Of a stretch of 64,000 nucleotides of DNA, positions 30,852 through 41,280 are shown one piece after another. The translations under genes and the position numbers were made by a program. Location of the stretch: positions 26,527-90,526 of IMG/VR virus record IMGVR_UViG_3300005253_000098; one strand, given 5' to 3'. This DNA comes from a virus. Positions within the stretch are counted from its first letter, which is position 1; every line of letters starts with the position of its first letter. Below the pieces are notes generated by a model. It was given only the letters and a program-made list of their open reading frames with translations. It did not search any database and had not been told where the DNA came from.

Positions 30852-31229
30852 ATGAGTGTTGTTGACGAAGGTGAGAGGCGTTGTCCTGGTTGCAGGCAAG
30901 AAGTGACCGTAGAGAACATTCTGGTTCATATGGATTGCCTTGAGAACCTGATGACGGCTTTCCGAGCTGCTCGGTTGGAGAGAGGGCATGCTACTTCTTT
31001 GGAGATTGAGATCGAGGTCAACGACGAGAGACTGCGGAATTCGCTCCTTAATTATCGGGCTGGTATGGAGTCTCTGATGGTGGCTTATGGTGAAGGTATT
31101 CGTCGCCATAATCGAGAGGCTATTCGTATGTATGCTCGTCACCGCGGATTGATTCATATTGTGAGTGTTGCTCTCGGTGCGTTTGTGGGCTCGTTCATCG
31201 GACTGGGTATTATCAACCTGCTTTTTTAG
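30852..31229 (+). CDS. C2HC zinc finger plus C-terminal TM anchor (paralog 1)
   Basis: RCPGC...HMDC; hydrophobic C-terminus. Confidence 0.7.
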   Translation: MSVVDEGERRCPGCRQEVTVENILVHMDCLENLMTAFRAARLERGHATSLEIEIEVNDERLRNSLLNYRAGMESLMVAYGEGIRRHNREAIRMYARHRGLIHIVSVALGAFVGSFIGLGIINLLF

Positions 31230-31269
31230 GTTTGTGAAATATGAAATACTATAGAGGATAAAAGTTCAA

Positions 31270-31602
31270 ATGAGTATTGTTGGTGATGGTGAGATCCGCT
31301 GTGCCGGTTGTAAGCAGATTATTTCTATGGAGATAATTACTAATCACCAGGACTGTATGCAAAGAATTGATACACATCGCAATCTGCTCCAGTTCGTGCT
31401 CGAGGTCAATCCAGAGGCTCTACAGGAACGCTTGAATCAGCATTATAACACTATGGAGGTATTTGACTCACATTTTTACGATACGGCTGCTAAGGCTCAC
31501 GTTTTAGCCAAGAAACGTATTCGTCGGACTGCTATAGTTTGGACTGCTGGTTCTATTTTTGCTATTCTTCTCACCCAGTTCCTCTCTTACCTGTTGTTTT
31601 AG
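31270..31602 (+). CDS. C2HC zinc finger plus C-terminal TM anchor (paralog 2)
   Basis: RCAGC...HQDC; N-terminus similar to 30852..31229. Confidence 0.7.
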   Translation: MSIVGDGEIRCAGCKQIISMEIITNHQDCMQRIDTHRNLLQFVLEVNPEALQERLNQHYNTMEVFDSHFYDTAAKAHVLAKKRIRRTAIVWTAGSIFAILLTQFLSYLLF

Positions 31603-32309
31603 GTTGATTTTCCCGCAGGAATTCAACCACCTCCTCTTCTAATTGGATACCCCCCTCCGATCTTTGTTACTGTTTTAGGGTCGGATACTCTTGTGTGGGG
31701 TAAGAGCTTTTGCAGGTCAATCTCCCCAGCTGGGTGAGCGACTGTGCCCAGAAATCCTGCAGATCATCGAATTTCGTAGATTTGTTTGAACTGAGCTTAT
31801 TTGCAGCTATAAACGTTGATTTATGCTCTATTTTTAATTTAATGTTATTAGATAAGAATACAGCTGCACAAGTAGATAGAATAGGGTTATAATATAGCTG
31901 CTAATAGCTGCTGCTTTGCGGAACTCGTTAGGAACCCTAATTTGCACTCCTTTAGGTAACTAAAAGGGAAAAAACAAAGGATTTATAAAGAGAAGTATTA
32001 TATATAATATAAGACAAAATAAAGGTAAAGTGATAGATGAATAAAAAAATTAAACCAGTATTAGTTTTAAGCAGCGTAAAGTTAGCTAAAAAACCGCTGC
32101 CGTGTAATTCTCAGCTTTCACGTGTGTTAATTGCTGAACCGTAAAAACTTGTTAGGTCTGCCTTGAATTTACTACAACCTCTCTGATTCAATTACGTTCA
32201 TAGTGTATAAGTCAACTACTTCTTCATTTCTTCACTCTCTAAGGTAAGATAGCACGAAAAGACGGTATATATATAAGTGAATATACTAATAGAAATAGGT
32301 GTGAACAAT

Positions 32310-33395
32310 ATGGATACAAATGACATAGAAAAACAAATCGAATTGTTACGTAGTAAGTCTAAGACTAACTACGACTCTTACAATATATTTAGTGATATTG
32401 TAAGTCCTAAAAAGGAAAGAATGGATTCTAAGAGGTCAACAAAGCTAAGAATACAAAGCTTACCTGATATGGAGACAATAGATGCAACTACTACTTTAAA
32501 GATAGTATTTAATCAACTCGTTGGGTCTGATAACGTCTTTACTTATCCTGCAGTCCTAAAGGGCAGCAAAAAGAAGCTTAATGATGCTATGGATATTTAT
32601 CATCCTATAGTTTTTGGTTTTAATGTAGCTAAGAGCTTAATTCAAAACAAGACAAGACTACTTAAGTCTAATTGGTCTCATATATGGGAAATATTGGAGT
32701 TAGCTTTAGCAATAACACCAATAAGCCGTTCTTCTACAGCAGATTCTTTTGCGGGTAGTATGGATTATTTAGACGATAAAGGTAACATACTTAACTATGG
32801 TAATGGAAATTTTAACTCCAAAGTTAGAGCTGCCTTTAATTATCTTATTGTTGATGATAAGATAAGCCCAAGTTATGAGAAAAGATTCAATAAGCTCATA
32901 GACCAAGAGGTTTTAATTGAGAAGTCAAAAGAAACCTTTGGAGTTAATCCTAACTTAGAAGAATATACGATTGATCTATTGACTGAAGAACAACAAACCT
33001 TTTACAAATGCTTCTTTGATTCTAAGAGCAATATCCATTTCTATCTAAGAGATAATCCTAAAAGGTCTCAATACAAGCAAGGCAATACACATATAGAGGT
33101 CGTTAAGGGATATATGCACAGAGCTGGGATAAGCTATTATAATCCCGTCTTAGATGGAACAATAGCAGGGTTACAAACCAATAACCCAAAGCTTTGTGTT
33201 CCTTACCAATTTAAGCAATTCCTTAACGTAATAAGCGATGATACCTTAAAGCTTAAACCTTTCTCAGAGAAGAACTTAACGGTAAAACAATTACAGTCTA
33301 AGTTAGATGAGAAAACATCTAAAACCCTTAAGACAATCTCTGAGCGATCTCATAACTTCTATAAACTTCCTTTCCCTTATAGCGTAAAGGATTAA
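32310..33395 (+). CDS. Hypothetical protein in an AT-rich segment
   Basis: Long ORF; ATG 32310 after AGGTGTGA and a TATATATAAG box. Confidence 0.75.
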   Translation: MDTNDIEKQIELLRSKSKTNYDSYNIFSDIVSPKKERMDSKRSTKLRIQSLPDMETIDATTTLKIVFNQLVGSDNVFTYPAVLKGSKKKLNDAMDIYHPIVFGFNVAKSLIQNKTRLLKSNWSHIWEILELALAITPISRSSTADSFAGSMDYLDDKGNILNYGNGNFNSKVRAAFNYLIVDDKISPSYEKRFNKLIDQEVLIEKSKETFGVNPNLEEYTIDLLTEEQQTFYKCFFDSKSNIHFYLRDNPKRSQYKQGNTHIEVVKGYMHRAGISYYNPVLDGTIAGLQTNNPKLCVPYQFKQFLNVISDDTLKLKPFSEKNLTVKQLQSKLDEKTSKTLKTISERSHNFYKLPFPYSVKD

Positions 33396-33504
33396 CCAAT
33401 ACGCTAATCTACTATAACCAATTTCTTCTTCCCTTTTTTAATACTCACGAATTTAAGTAGTAATAGATTTAACTCGGTATATAATTAAATGGAGTGATAG
33501 AATA

Positions 33505-33654
33505 ATGCACGATTTAGTAGAGATAAGCCCTAAAGACATAAACAAGTATGATAAAACAGAAGTAATTGAAACAGGAGTTTTAGAGTGGATTCCATTACTT
33601 AGACAATATGTTAAGGTTATTAGGTATTACGTTCACCAAACCTTAAGAGAATAA
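33505..33654 (+). CDS. Small hypothetical protein (49 aa)
   Basis: Manual call; GGAGTGA RBS. Confidence 0.45.
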   Translation: MHDLVEISPKDINKYDKTEVIETGVLEWIPLLRQYVKVIRYYVHQTLRE

Positions 33655-33669
33655 TAGGAGTAATCAATA

Positions 33670-33813
33670 ATGAGCAAAGGATATATATTTACTCCCAAAG
33701 AAATAGCAAGGTTTGAGTATACAAGAATAACAAGGAAAGATATTAATAATGAGGAATTAACGAAAGCTGAAATAGACTTCGTTATCTTCATAGAACAAGA
33801 TTTTATAGAATAA
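33670..33813 (+). CDS. Small hypothetical protein (47 aa)
   Basis: Manual call; AGGAG RBS. Confidence 0.45.
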   Translation: MSKGYIFTPKEIARFEYTRITRKDINNEELTKAEIDFVIFIEQDFIE

Positions 33814-33847
33814 ACTACTACATAAGAAACCAAATTCTTATTCTAAT

Positions 33848-33877
33848 ATTTTTTTTCTTTTTTTTATTTTTTTTTTG
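33848..33877 (+). terminator. Oligo-T tract, archaeal-type terminator
   Basis: Three T9-T11 runs after the last small ORF. Confidence 0.55.
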
Positions 33878-35096
33878 GCACTCGGACTCGGACTCCTGGA
33901 CCAGGGCAATCGTCCTGCCACGAACCCATGCATTTGCCTCATTTCCCTGAACTATTATTTTTTTAACTCGCACTCGGACTCGGTGGGATAACGCACCCAT
34001 GCTCAAACTCGGCTTCTTTGGGCTGATCGTCCTGACTCGTGCTCGTTCTCATGCTCATGACTCGTGCTCGGTGGTATCGGACTTAAGCACTCGGTCACCC
34101 CCCTCCAAACTAAACTATTCTTATGATGTCGGACTCGTTCTCGGACTCGTGCTCGGACTGTTCCCAGATTCGATCTTTTTGTCTTTTTGAGCACTCGGTC
34201 GATCGACTTTCTGGTCTGAACACTAATGCAATCTCAACGCAGCGGTGTATCCAGCTCTCTAAGACCACCTTTCTGATGTCCCTCTTTTTTCATCGGGCAT
34301 GAGGGGCTCTCCTGCAATAGGTATTTTAGCGATGCAGAGGTTAAACCACTCGTATAACTGACGATCTACCTATGCTATCCCGATTGCTTTTTGTCTTTTT
34401 ATGGGTAGTAATGAACACTCACTCACCCACTTGGGTATGGGTAATTGTAATTTGAACATTACAATTAAATATTGCACATACACCCATCACACTCGATCAC
34501 TATCGTTATTATAGCCCGTTCTGTAAAAGTTGTCTTACAAGCTTGTCGGACAAAGTGCTCGCTAACACTCGCATTAGTCCGTATAGCCGCTAATTCGGAT
34601 TTACTCCACACGCTTTTACTCAAATCCACCCTCGTCAAGCGTGATCGATCACTCGGACTACCTCTCGACGCCCTACCCTGACCTCCGTTGGACGAACGGA
34701 CAGCTAATTCACCGCCGAGTGCTGCACTACATTTGAACGCAGCGAAATCTGTTAAGGAAATCAAAAAGAGTGCCCAATCCACGCACTCAATCCCAAAGCT
34801 AAGCAGATTTCGTGCACAAAACAAAAAATGTCAAGACCTCACGACTCGTTAGCTCAGCTTACCATCCGTTGCGTAAGCCGAAGCACATTTACCCACTCGT
34901 TGAACGAGTGCTAATCAAATCCAAGCACATTTCAGCTTTTCGCCACTCGGACTCGATGCCTTGATTTACCGTCCGTTTGCCAATTGCTGCCCAAATATCC
35001 GCTTGTTTTGGCACTCGTCAACTACTCTCCTTTATAAAGACAATTTCCCTCTAAATAAATAAAACACTTTGAGATATACTTTATGCTACCGAGTGC
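33878..35096. other. Non-coding region with dense ACTCG motifs; candidate replication origin
   Basis: Tandem hexamers (ACTCGG/GCTCGT); motif polarity flips to CGAGT beyond 35090; AT-rich core 35020-35085. Confidence 0.5.
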
Positions 35097-36021
35097 TAAC
35101 CCCTCTCTGAACGAGTCCTCTGAAGAGGTCGTGTGGATAGACGAGTCCCGACTACGTAGGTTTAACGAGTGGTATTCCAAAACTATCGCTTGTGATCAAC
35201 AGTTAGCCGAGCTCAATCTACGGATCGAGTTTGAGGAGAACGAGTTTGAGTTAGAATTACTGAAAAAAGATCGAACTAAAATTAGAGCGAGGGTATTAAC
35301 CAGAACCAAATACTTCTTTTCTATGTGGGGGCTTCTCTATAACTACCACAACAACCCCGAGTTATTTCTATCACGTAAACGAGGGCGTAATCCCTCACAA
35401 CGAGGCGTAACTCACGACGAGTCAGGTCTGACAATCGGTGTTCCTACCCGAGTAACTGGTATGGATATACGAATATACGAACTACACGAGATGATTAAAA
35501 CTATCGAGTTACTCTCACTACTTATGCCCGAGCGTGAGCCACACGCCCTTATCTCCTTCTATGAATCAGTCCAAATCTTCAGGATGTCCGAAGGAAAACG
35601 AAACCTGATCCTTGCCGAGTTAGAACAATATATTCTCCCACCTACATTTACCCGACGAGTTATAACCAAAAACAAAACCATTACCTACATTGTGGAGGTC
35701 GAGGTAGAAAGCAATCCCGATGCGAGTAGAACAGCGAGTCTACCGAGTGGTATAAGTAACAAATCTATTCGTCGATGGTATCGCTTACGCCGAGACTCTG
35801 AGGGTCTCATTACTAAGAAGTGGTATGCTAAAGCTACAGATTTGAACCAACGCCAACGCACAGTTAAACTACAGTTCGACGAGCTCTCCAAAGACTATAT
35901 CCCTCCAGAGAAACCCAAACCCACATTACCCCGACGAGTCCTCAAAGCCATGATGCAGCCGAGTAAATATGTCGATCCCTTCTCTTTCCTACAAGAGCAA
36001 CTAAGGATGGAACAAAAATGA
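35083..36021 (+). CDS. Hypothetical protein next to the candidate origin
   Basis: 312-aa basic ORF. Confidence 0.7.
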   Translation: MLPSANPSLNESSEEVVWIDESRLRRFNEWYSKTIACDQQLAELNLRIEFEENEFELELLKKDRTKIRARVLTRTKYFFSMWGLLYNYHNNPELFLSRKRGRNPSQRGVTHDESGLTIGVPTRVTGMDIRIYELHEMIKTIELLSLLMPEREPHALISFYESVQIFRMSEGKRNLILAELEQYILPPTFTRRVITKNKTITYIVEVEVESNPDASRTASLPSGISNKSIRRWYRLRRDSEGLITKKWYAKATDLNQRQRTVKLQFDELSKDYIPPEKPKPTLPRRVLKAMMQPSKYVDPFSFLQEQLRMEQK

Positions 36022-36487
36022 ACGAGAAACATAGCTGGTGGCTTTATTTCTTTTTTTCCACGAGTGAAGAAGAAATGATCGAGGTAGATATGTTAGACTT
36101 CCTTGAGATAACTCCAGAACAAGCCCGAGTGATCCGAGAAAGACGTAAGAAGAATCGAAAAGCCATCCGAGAGATTGAAAAGAAATTGAACGAGTGATAA
36201 ATAAATTGAACGAGACACCCAAATTCAGCGAGTGGAAAACAACCATCGAGGTCTTACTCTGGTATTCCGAGTCCAAAGAAGATTTAGAGAGATTGTTGAA
36301 GCTCAGCGAGGAAAAGAAATAAATTGACCGAGCCGATTGTCATGCGAGTCCCATATACGCCCATGCTTACCAGTTATCCATATCTCCTTGATATAAAACT
36401 CATACCGAGTATTCAATATGAGTGTATCGAGTTATATACATACCCAGTCAAGCGATCTACCCTACCGCTTGAGGAGGTGAATTCCAC

Positions 36488-37417
36488 ATGGTAGATGAAC
36501 AAAAACCTAAAACTAAAGCCCAAATTAAAGCAGAAAAAGAAGCCGCTAAGAATAAGCCCGAGTCCCAACCAGAAACACAAGCTGCAATTACTTCCACCGA
36601 CGCTATGTCCTCACTTGACTTATCGAGTGAAGAACAAATCCAAAAACACATAGCTTCCCACGAGGAAATGGATGACATGGTTACTTATCTAAGTAACACA
36701 GTTACCCAACGAGTCAATAGATCACGAAAACGAGCACAAGTCGGTTATTCAGTCCAACAAATCAACAAATCACGTATCCTTAAATTGGCAGTAATTGTGA
36801 ACGAGATAAACGGATATTCCAATCCCTCTTTCCTCAAGAACAGTTACTTCGACTTCTTCACTCTTCCCTTAGCCAAACGAGAGGAGGTTGCAGCTATCCG
36901 AGCTATAACAACTCTTGCTGACCGAGCTGAAGCAGTCCTTGATTTCAAGAACCTGAGAACTATCTCAAGAACTAAACAGAAATTCGACAGAAACCTTGCC
37001 GAGATCAAGAAATACTACCGAGTTGCTGAAACTTGCCGAGCTCTATTCACTGGCTCTAACGCTTTGATTAAAATTGCCTTCGAGGAAAAACTCTTATTAC
37101 CCGACGAGTCAGCTCTTGGTAATCCTGACGGTTACTTTTTCAATCCCAACGTATCCGAGTTAATCGACTCTTGGAAAGGTCAAGCCGCAGGTCTAAGAGA
37201 GGAGGTTGGCGGTGAGCCTAACGAGGACGACATCAAACATACTATCAACGTATTTGCAGCTCTCTACGAGTTACAACAGAAATACTTCGACAGTATTAGC
37301 GAGGTGTTTGGATTCCTTCAACGAGCTTCCCCAATCGTCAATAAATATATGCTGAGTTCCTACGAGCAGATCAAAACTGCAGCTTTAAAGGTTGGTCTCT
37401 TGAAAGCAACGAATTAG
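36488..37417 (+). CDS. Hypothetical alpha-helical protein
   Basis: 309 aa; strong GAGGAGGTGA RBS. Confidence 0.8.
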   Translation: MVDEQKPKTKAQIKAEKEAAKNKPESQPETQAAITSTDAMSSLDLSSEEQIQKHIASHEEMDDMVTYLSNTVTQRVNRSRKRAQVGYSVQQINKSRILKLAVIVNEINGYSNPSFLKNSYFDFFTLPLAKREEVAAIRAITTLADRAEAVLDFKNLRTISRTKQKFDRNLAEIKKYYRVAETCRALFTGSNALIKIAFEEKLLLPDESALGNPDGYFFNPNVSELIDSWKGQAAGLREEVGGEPNEDDIKHTINVFAALYELQQKYFDSISEVFGFLQRASPIVNKYMLSSYEQIKTAALKVGLLKATN

Positions 37418-37590
37418 GATCGTTTCCTATCGAGCCTCATGGCTCTAATTCTTCTCTTTTAAAATTTTTTTGCAAAATTTTCTTAGCCAACGAGTGCTAT
37501 TTCTTTTCTCAGCGAGTAAATCCGCTGGTATCAACCGAGTAGTCCTACGAACCTTCATCGGTTCTCACTAATTGCTAAACGAGGAGTGAA

Positions 37591-37989
37591 ATGACAACTA
37601 CTCAAACATTTTGGTTAGACGCACGAGCACCCAAGTCACCACCCGATCGAGGAATTTGCTGTATAGTCCGAGCCCCGAGGCGTATCGAAACCTTTAAATC
37701 TTCTGGATTTAAACGAAACTATCAACAGCGAGTGACTCTCATGGAAACCGAGACTTTGGTAATCAAAGACGTATCTAATCGAGGAAAACATAACTGCTAT
37801 ACTATCCGAGCCCATCTTCATGGGATCGAGAAACAAATAGGATATTGCGACGAGCGATGCTATCGTCGTAGACGAGGCTACGTCTGGACCGGCAACGAGT
37901 CCAATTTCGAGAAGCACGAGAGGTCTCCCGATGTTATATCTAAGGAGCACATGATTGCTGCCCGAACTTATCTAAGGAAACGCCGATAA
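37591..37989 (+). CDS. Hypothetical protein
   Basis: GAGGAGTGA RBS. Confidence 0.65.
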   Translation: MTTTQTFWLDARAPKSPPDRGICCIVRAPRRIETFKSSGFKRNYQQRVTLMETETLVIKDVSNRGKHNCYTIRAHLHGIEKQIGYCDERCYRRRRGYVWTGNESNFEKHERSPDVISKEHMIAARTYLRKRR

Positions 37990-38201
37990 TGACAGACTTC
38001 ACAGAAGCGATCCGAGAGGGTCAACTGGCTGCCTTTAAGAATATATTCATGAAACGAGATTATTCTGAACGAGTGAGTATCTTCTACGCTCACAAAGTGG
38101 TCAACAATAAATGTATATGTGAGACTTGTAACATCATCTACTTAAATGATTCTATCTTCTGTCAAAACTGTGGAAACAAATTACAAGGAGTCACACTATG
38201 A
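37989..38201 (+). CDS. Zinc-ribbon protein
   Basis: CETC...FCQNCG. Confidence 0.65.
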   Translation: MTDFTEAIREGQLAAFKNIFMKRDYSERVSIFYAHKVVNNKCICETCNIIYLNDSIFCQNCGNKLQGVTL

Positions 38202-38487
38202 CCGAGCATTCACACGAACCACAAAACACGAGATTCCTACTTCGATACGAGATCGAGGAAGGTCATTGGCACCGCTTGTGCGAGTGTAAGATTTGTGGTC
38301 ACCAAGACGAGCTTTGCGAAGGTAAAATTGTTATCTCCTTTGAAGAGTTCGAGGAAGACGACGAATTTGACTGACGAGCGCTGGGGTCTTTCAGCGACCA
38401 ACCACGACTACCCATGCCTCATATGGCAGACCGAGAGGTCTTGTGCTACCTGCCGAGGCAGAGCTGACGAAATAAATTCCGCAAGGA

Positions 38488-38940
38488 GTGAAAAATATGG
38501 CAAAAAACGAAAAAGAAAACAAACCTAAGAAAGAAGCTACTGTTGGTATCATTGATCTTGATATTGGCGAGAGCTATGATATGCCTGCGAGCGAGTTCTT
38601 TGACAAACTCAAAGAAGCATTAACTAATCGCCCACAGGTAGACCTGACTCAAATGTCCATAGACGAGATTCAATCCGTTCTTGATGGACAACGAGGCTAC
38701 CTATGTTTAAAATTAATAGACAAGAAAGAGCCCAGACAATTCGCTACTATCTTCTCATCAGTCACGCTGACCATTGAAATGCCTGAACTCATGGATATTC
38801 TTCAACACAAGAGTCCTCTTACCATTGTCAAGATGGGGAAGTATGATATCATGGACGGATATCCAAAGGACGTCAAAAAATTCCCTCTTAAGACCTACAA
38901 ATCTATTGACAAATTGCTTGAGGTGTGGGAAGTTGACTGA
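38488..38940 (+). CDS. Hypothetical protein
   Basis: ORF track; AGGAGTGA RBS. Confidence 0.65.
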   Translation: MKNMAKNEKENKPKKEATVGIIDLDIGESYDMPASEFFDKLKEALTNRPQVDLTQMSIDEIQSVLDGQRGYLCLKLIDKKEPRQFATIFSSVTLTIEMPELMDILQHKSPLTIVKMGKYDIMDGYPKDVKKFPLKTYKSIDKLLEVWEVD

Positions 38941-39111
38941 CGACGAAGTTGATTCGAGCTGGGAAGAAGATATTAACCGAGTTCGACAAAAATTCAGGGA
39001 AAATATCGAGTTACGAGCCCCAGTAGAACTTGTGAGAGACCTGCTGGCATCCATCGGTCGATTATACCGAGAATGCTCCCAGTCATCCCTGGAATACGAG
39101 GAGAAATCAAA

Positions 39112-39375
39112 ATGATTAATCTCAAGGGCGAGCTCCAGATCGACCTCAACACAGGCAAAATCTGGTTCAATTCCGACGAGGGTATTTGCATTGTTCGTAT
39201 TCAAGGCATTAAACCCGAGCAATTCCTCCAGCCCACTACACCCCAGAACACTATGATTCTTGATCTCAACCTAACTCCGAAGCCCGACAGAAGGGATATC
39301 TGCGAGCGATGTCTGGAAACCTACCATGAACATATTATGAATCAAAGCGAGACCTGTGGGGTGTTCATGAAATGA
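39112..39375 (+). CDS. Hypothetical protein with C-terminal CxxC..H..C
   Basis: Start adjusted to ATG 39112. Confidence 0.55.
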   Translation: MINLKGELQIDLNTGKIWFNSDEGICIVRIQGIKPEQFLQPTTPQNTMILDLNLTPKPDRRDICERCLETYHEHIMNQSETCGVFMK

Positions 39376-39698
39376 GTCCAGATGATTGGCACGAGACCCA
39401 TGATGAATACGGGAATATCCTCAAACATAAAGACGGTAAGTATATCATCCGAACGAAACCTATCGAAGATGTAAACGACTACGATTTCTTACCAGAGGAA
39501 CAACGAGAGTTCGCTAAATCATTAGACAACTTTGTTAACCGAGCCAAGCGAGGCGAGTGCAAACACAAACTCTCCGATGAAGGCGTTGCTATCCGAGACA
39601 TACGCATTAACGAAGAAGACGTCCAAGCCTACTACACATGCAAACGATGCGACGTCCGAGTGCCTATGAAATTCAAGCGAGTATTCGAGGATTTATAA
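39372..39698 (+). CDS. Zinc-binding hypothetical protein
   Basis: CKH...CKRC. Confidence 0.6.
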   Translation: MSPDDWHETHDEYGNILKHKDGKYIIRTKPIEDVNDYDFLPEEQREFAKSLDNFVNRAKRGECKHKLSDEGVAIRDIRINEEDVQAYYTCKRCDVRVPMKFKRVFEDL

Positions 39699-39914
39699 TT
39701 CTCTTTTTTTCTCCATATATTATATATATATTATAATTATTTCTTTCGAGAGAGCGTTCGATGGTCGAGCGTTCCGAAGGATTATTCAATTTTTCATCGA
39801 GCAATCCGATGAACTTTCGTTCGAGAAAGTCATCGCCGAAAATCCTGCAGCGGGCAGTCTGTCACCATGGCAGTCCGAGATTCGCTCACAGGATCGAAAG
39901 CTTGATATACCCAC

Positions 39915-40223
39915 TTGACTTTTGCAAAAGTCAAGTTACCGAGGTTCAGTCAGTTGACAGAACACAAAGAATTTATGAAAGAACGCTTTCGAGACATCAG
40001 AAAATATGTCAAGAAGCATGGACCGGTCAAACCCGAGCAGGTTCAAGCCGAATTCAAATTAGGCAAGAGAACCGTAGCATTAGCACTCAGATACATGACC
40101 GACTACGGATTACTCATGAGACTACCCGACTTCGAGGATTTACGATCACAGTATTACGACTTACCCAATACCGAGTCCGAACGAGACGCCCTTGCTTTTA
40201 TCGAGAGCATCATAGAGGTCTAA
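39915..40223 (+). CDS. Winged-HTH DNA-binding protein
   Basis: IRKYVKKHGPV...QVQAEFKLGKRTVALALRYM..YGLL. Confidence 0.7.
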   Translation: MTFAKVKLPRFSQLTEHKEFMKERFRDIRKYVKKHGPVKPEQVQAEFKLGKRTVALALRYMTDYGLLMRLPDFEDLRSQYYDLPNTESERDALAFIESIIEV

Positions 40224-40226
40224 CAA

Positions 40227-40556
40227 ATGGCACGCAAAAAAATAGACTTAAAAACTTCTATATTAGAAGTATTAACCCTTATGTCCGAGGGTAATCCCGG
40301 TGCAGCTAATGTTCTGGGTCAAATGATGCAAAAAGACCCTGATACTGGTTTAATAAAAATTCTTCACTTGGATGATATGAATATCCGAGGCACTCAGATT
40401 TGGCTTGGTTTCAAAGACCATTGTGGTCAAGACATGGAACGATTCATGCAGGCAATCCTGGACCGAGACCAGCAAATGGTTGACGAGATTAATTCTCATG
40501 TCCCCGGTAATCACACCGAGATCGCAGTCACCAGTAATGCGAGTTTCAACAGATGA
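40227..40556 (+). CDS. Conserved viral hypothetical protein
   Basis: MSEGNPGA..VL...LDDMNIRG..IW motif recalled from phage proteins. Confidence 0.65.
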   Translation: MARKKIDLKTSILEVLTLMSEGNPGAANVLGQMMQKDPDTGLIKILHLDDMNIRGTQIWLGFKDHCGQDMERFMQAILDRDQQMVDEINSHVPGNHTEIAVTSNASFNR

Positions 40557-40873
40557 CACACGTTAAAACACCTAAATTCAATCAAATGGTGGATTTCAAG
40601 ACCTTTATGGATTCCACGCTTACCGATTATGATGGTTTCATGCACGATGATTCCGTGCAAATGGAAATGCCTCACTATGAGCCTCCTGACGAATATGGCG
40701 AGCCCCTCATGATCCACTGCTGTCGGTATGATCAATTCGATAGAAGCGTAGACGATACTGATCTAAGATGGTATATCTTTGGAATTCCAGCCCGTGGACA
40801 CTTCAACACTTATCAAGAAGCTCTCATATTTCTTATAGCATTCATAAAAAGAGATGAAGAACAAAGATCATGA
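40553..40873 (+). CDS. Hypothetical protein (FxTYxEA family)
   Basis: Shares a motif with 42930 and 54383. Confidence 0.6.
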   Translation: MTHVKTPKFNQMVDFKTFMDSTLTDYDGFMHDDSVQMEMPHYEPPDEYGEPLMIHCCRYDQFDRSVDDTDLRWYIFGIPARGHFNTYQEALIFLIAFIKRDEEQRS

Positions 40874-41148
40874 GCTTATTGGATACATACTGTCACAATT
40901 GCTTCAAGCCCGATCACACATCAAGGAATTGCTGGGAGAAAATCACCAAGACCCTCGAGCCCGAGGAGAAGCCCACACTTCCTTGTGGTTGCGGCTATCC
41001 CTATGCAGGAGACGGCAAACGTCCGCACATCGACAGGCGAGTCAAAATTGGAGAATTCTATCGCCGTGTGATCATGTGCCGAAATCATAACCGAAACTTC
41101 TATATTTATAACACTATAAAATTTTCTGAAATAACATTGAGAAGGTAG
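40870..41148 (+). CDS. CCHC zinc-knuckle protein
   Basis: CHNCFKPDHTSRNC = CX2CX4HX4C. Confidence 0.75.
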   Translation: MSLLDTYCHNCFKPDHTSRNCWEKITKTLEPEEKPTLPCGCGYPYAGDGKRPHIDRRVKIGEFYRRVIMCRNHNRNFYIYNTIKFSEITLRR

Positions 41149-41278
41149 GATTGACCCCGAGAGATTGCCCGCTCGTTAAGGAGAGTGGGACAGCGTATCG
41201 GATGGTAATCCACGGTGCAACGCACAGGCTAACCACCTGAGGCAACCCGAAACCGAGGTTCAAATCCTCGCCTTCTCA
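41139..41278 (+). ncRNA. tRNA-like RNA with a large central insertion; anticodon not assignable
   Basis: Acceptor GAGAAGG/CCTTCTC plus A; perfect T-arm CGAGG-TTCAAAT-CCTCG; about 110 nt of hairpins between them. Confidence 0.6.
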
Positions 41279-41280
41279 CT

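Noticed and set aside
33878-34200. Hexamer repeats as a CRISPR or TIGR-type guide array
   Set aside because: No constant-length repeat-spacer period, no box C/D pattern, and no Cas or Nop-domain gene recognised.
33818-34824. Short ORFs in the ACTCG-rich region
   Set aside because: Low-complexity translations produced by the repeats; no RBS.
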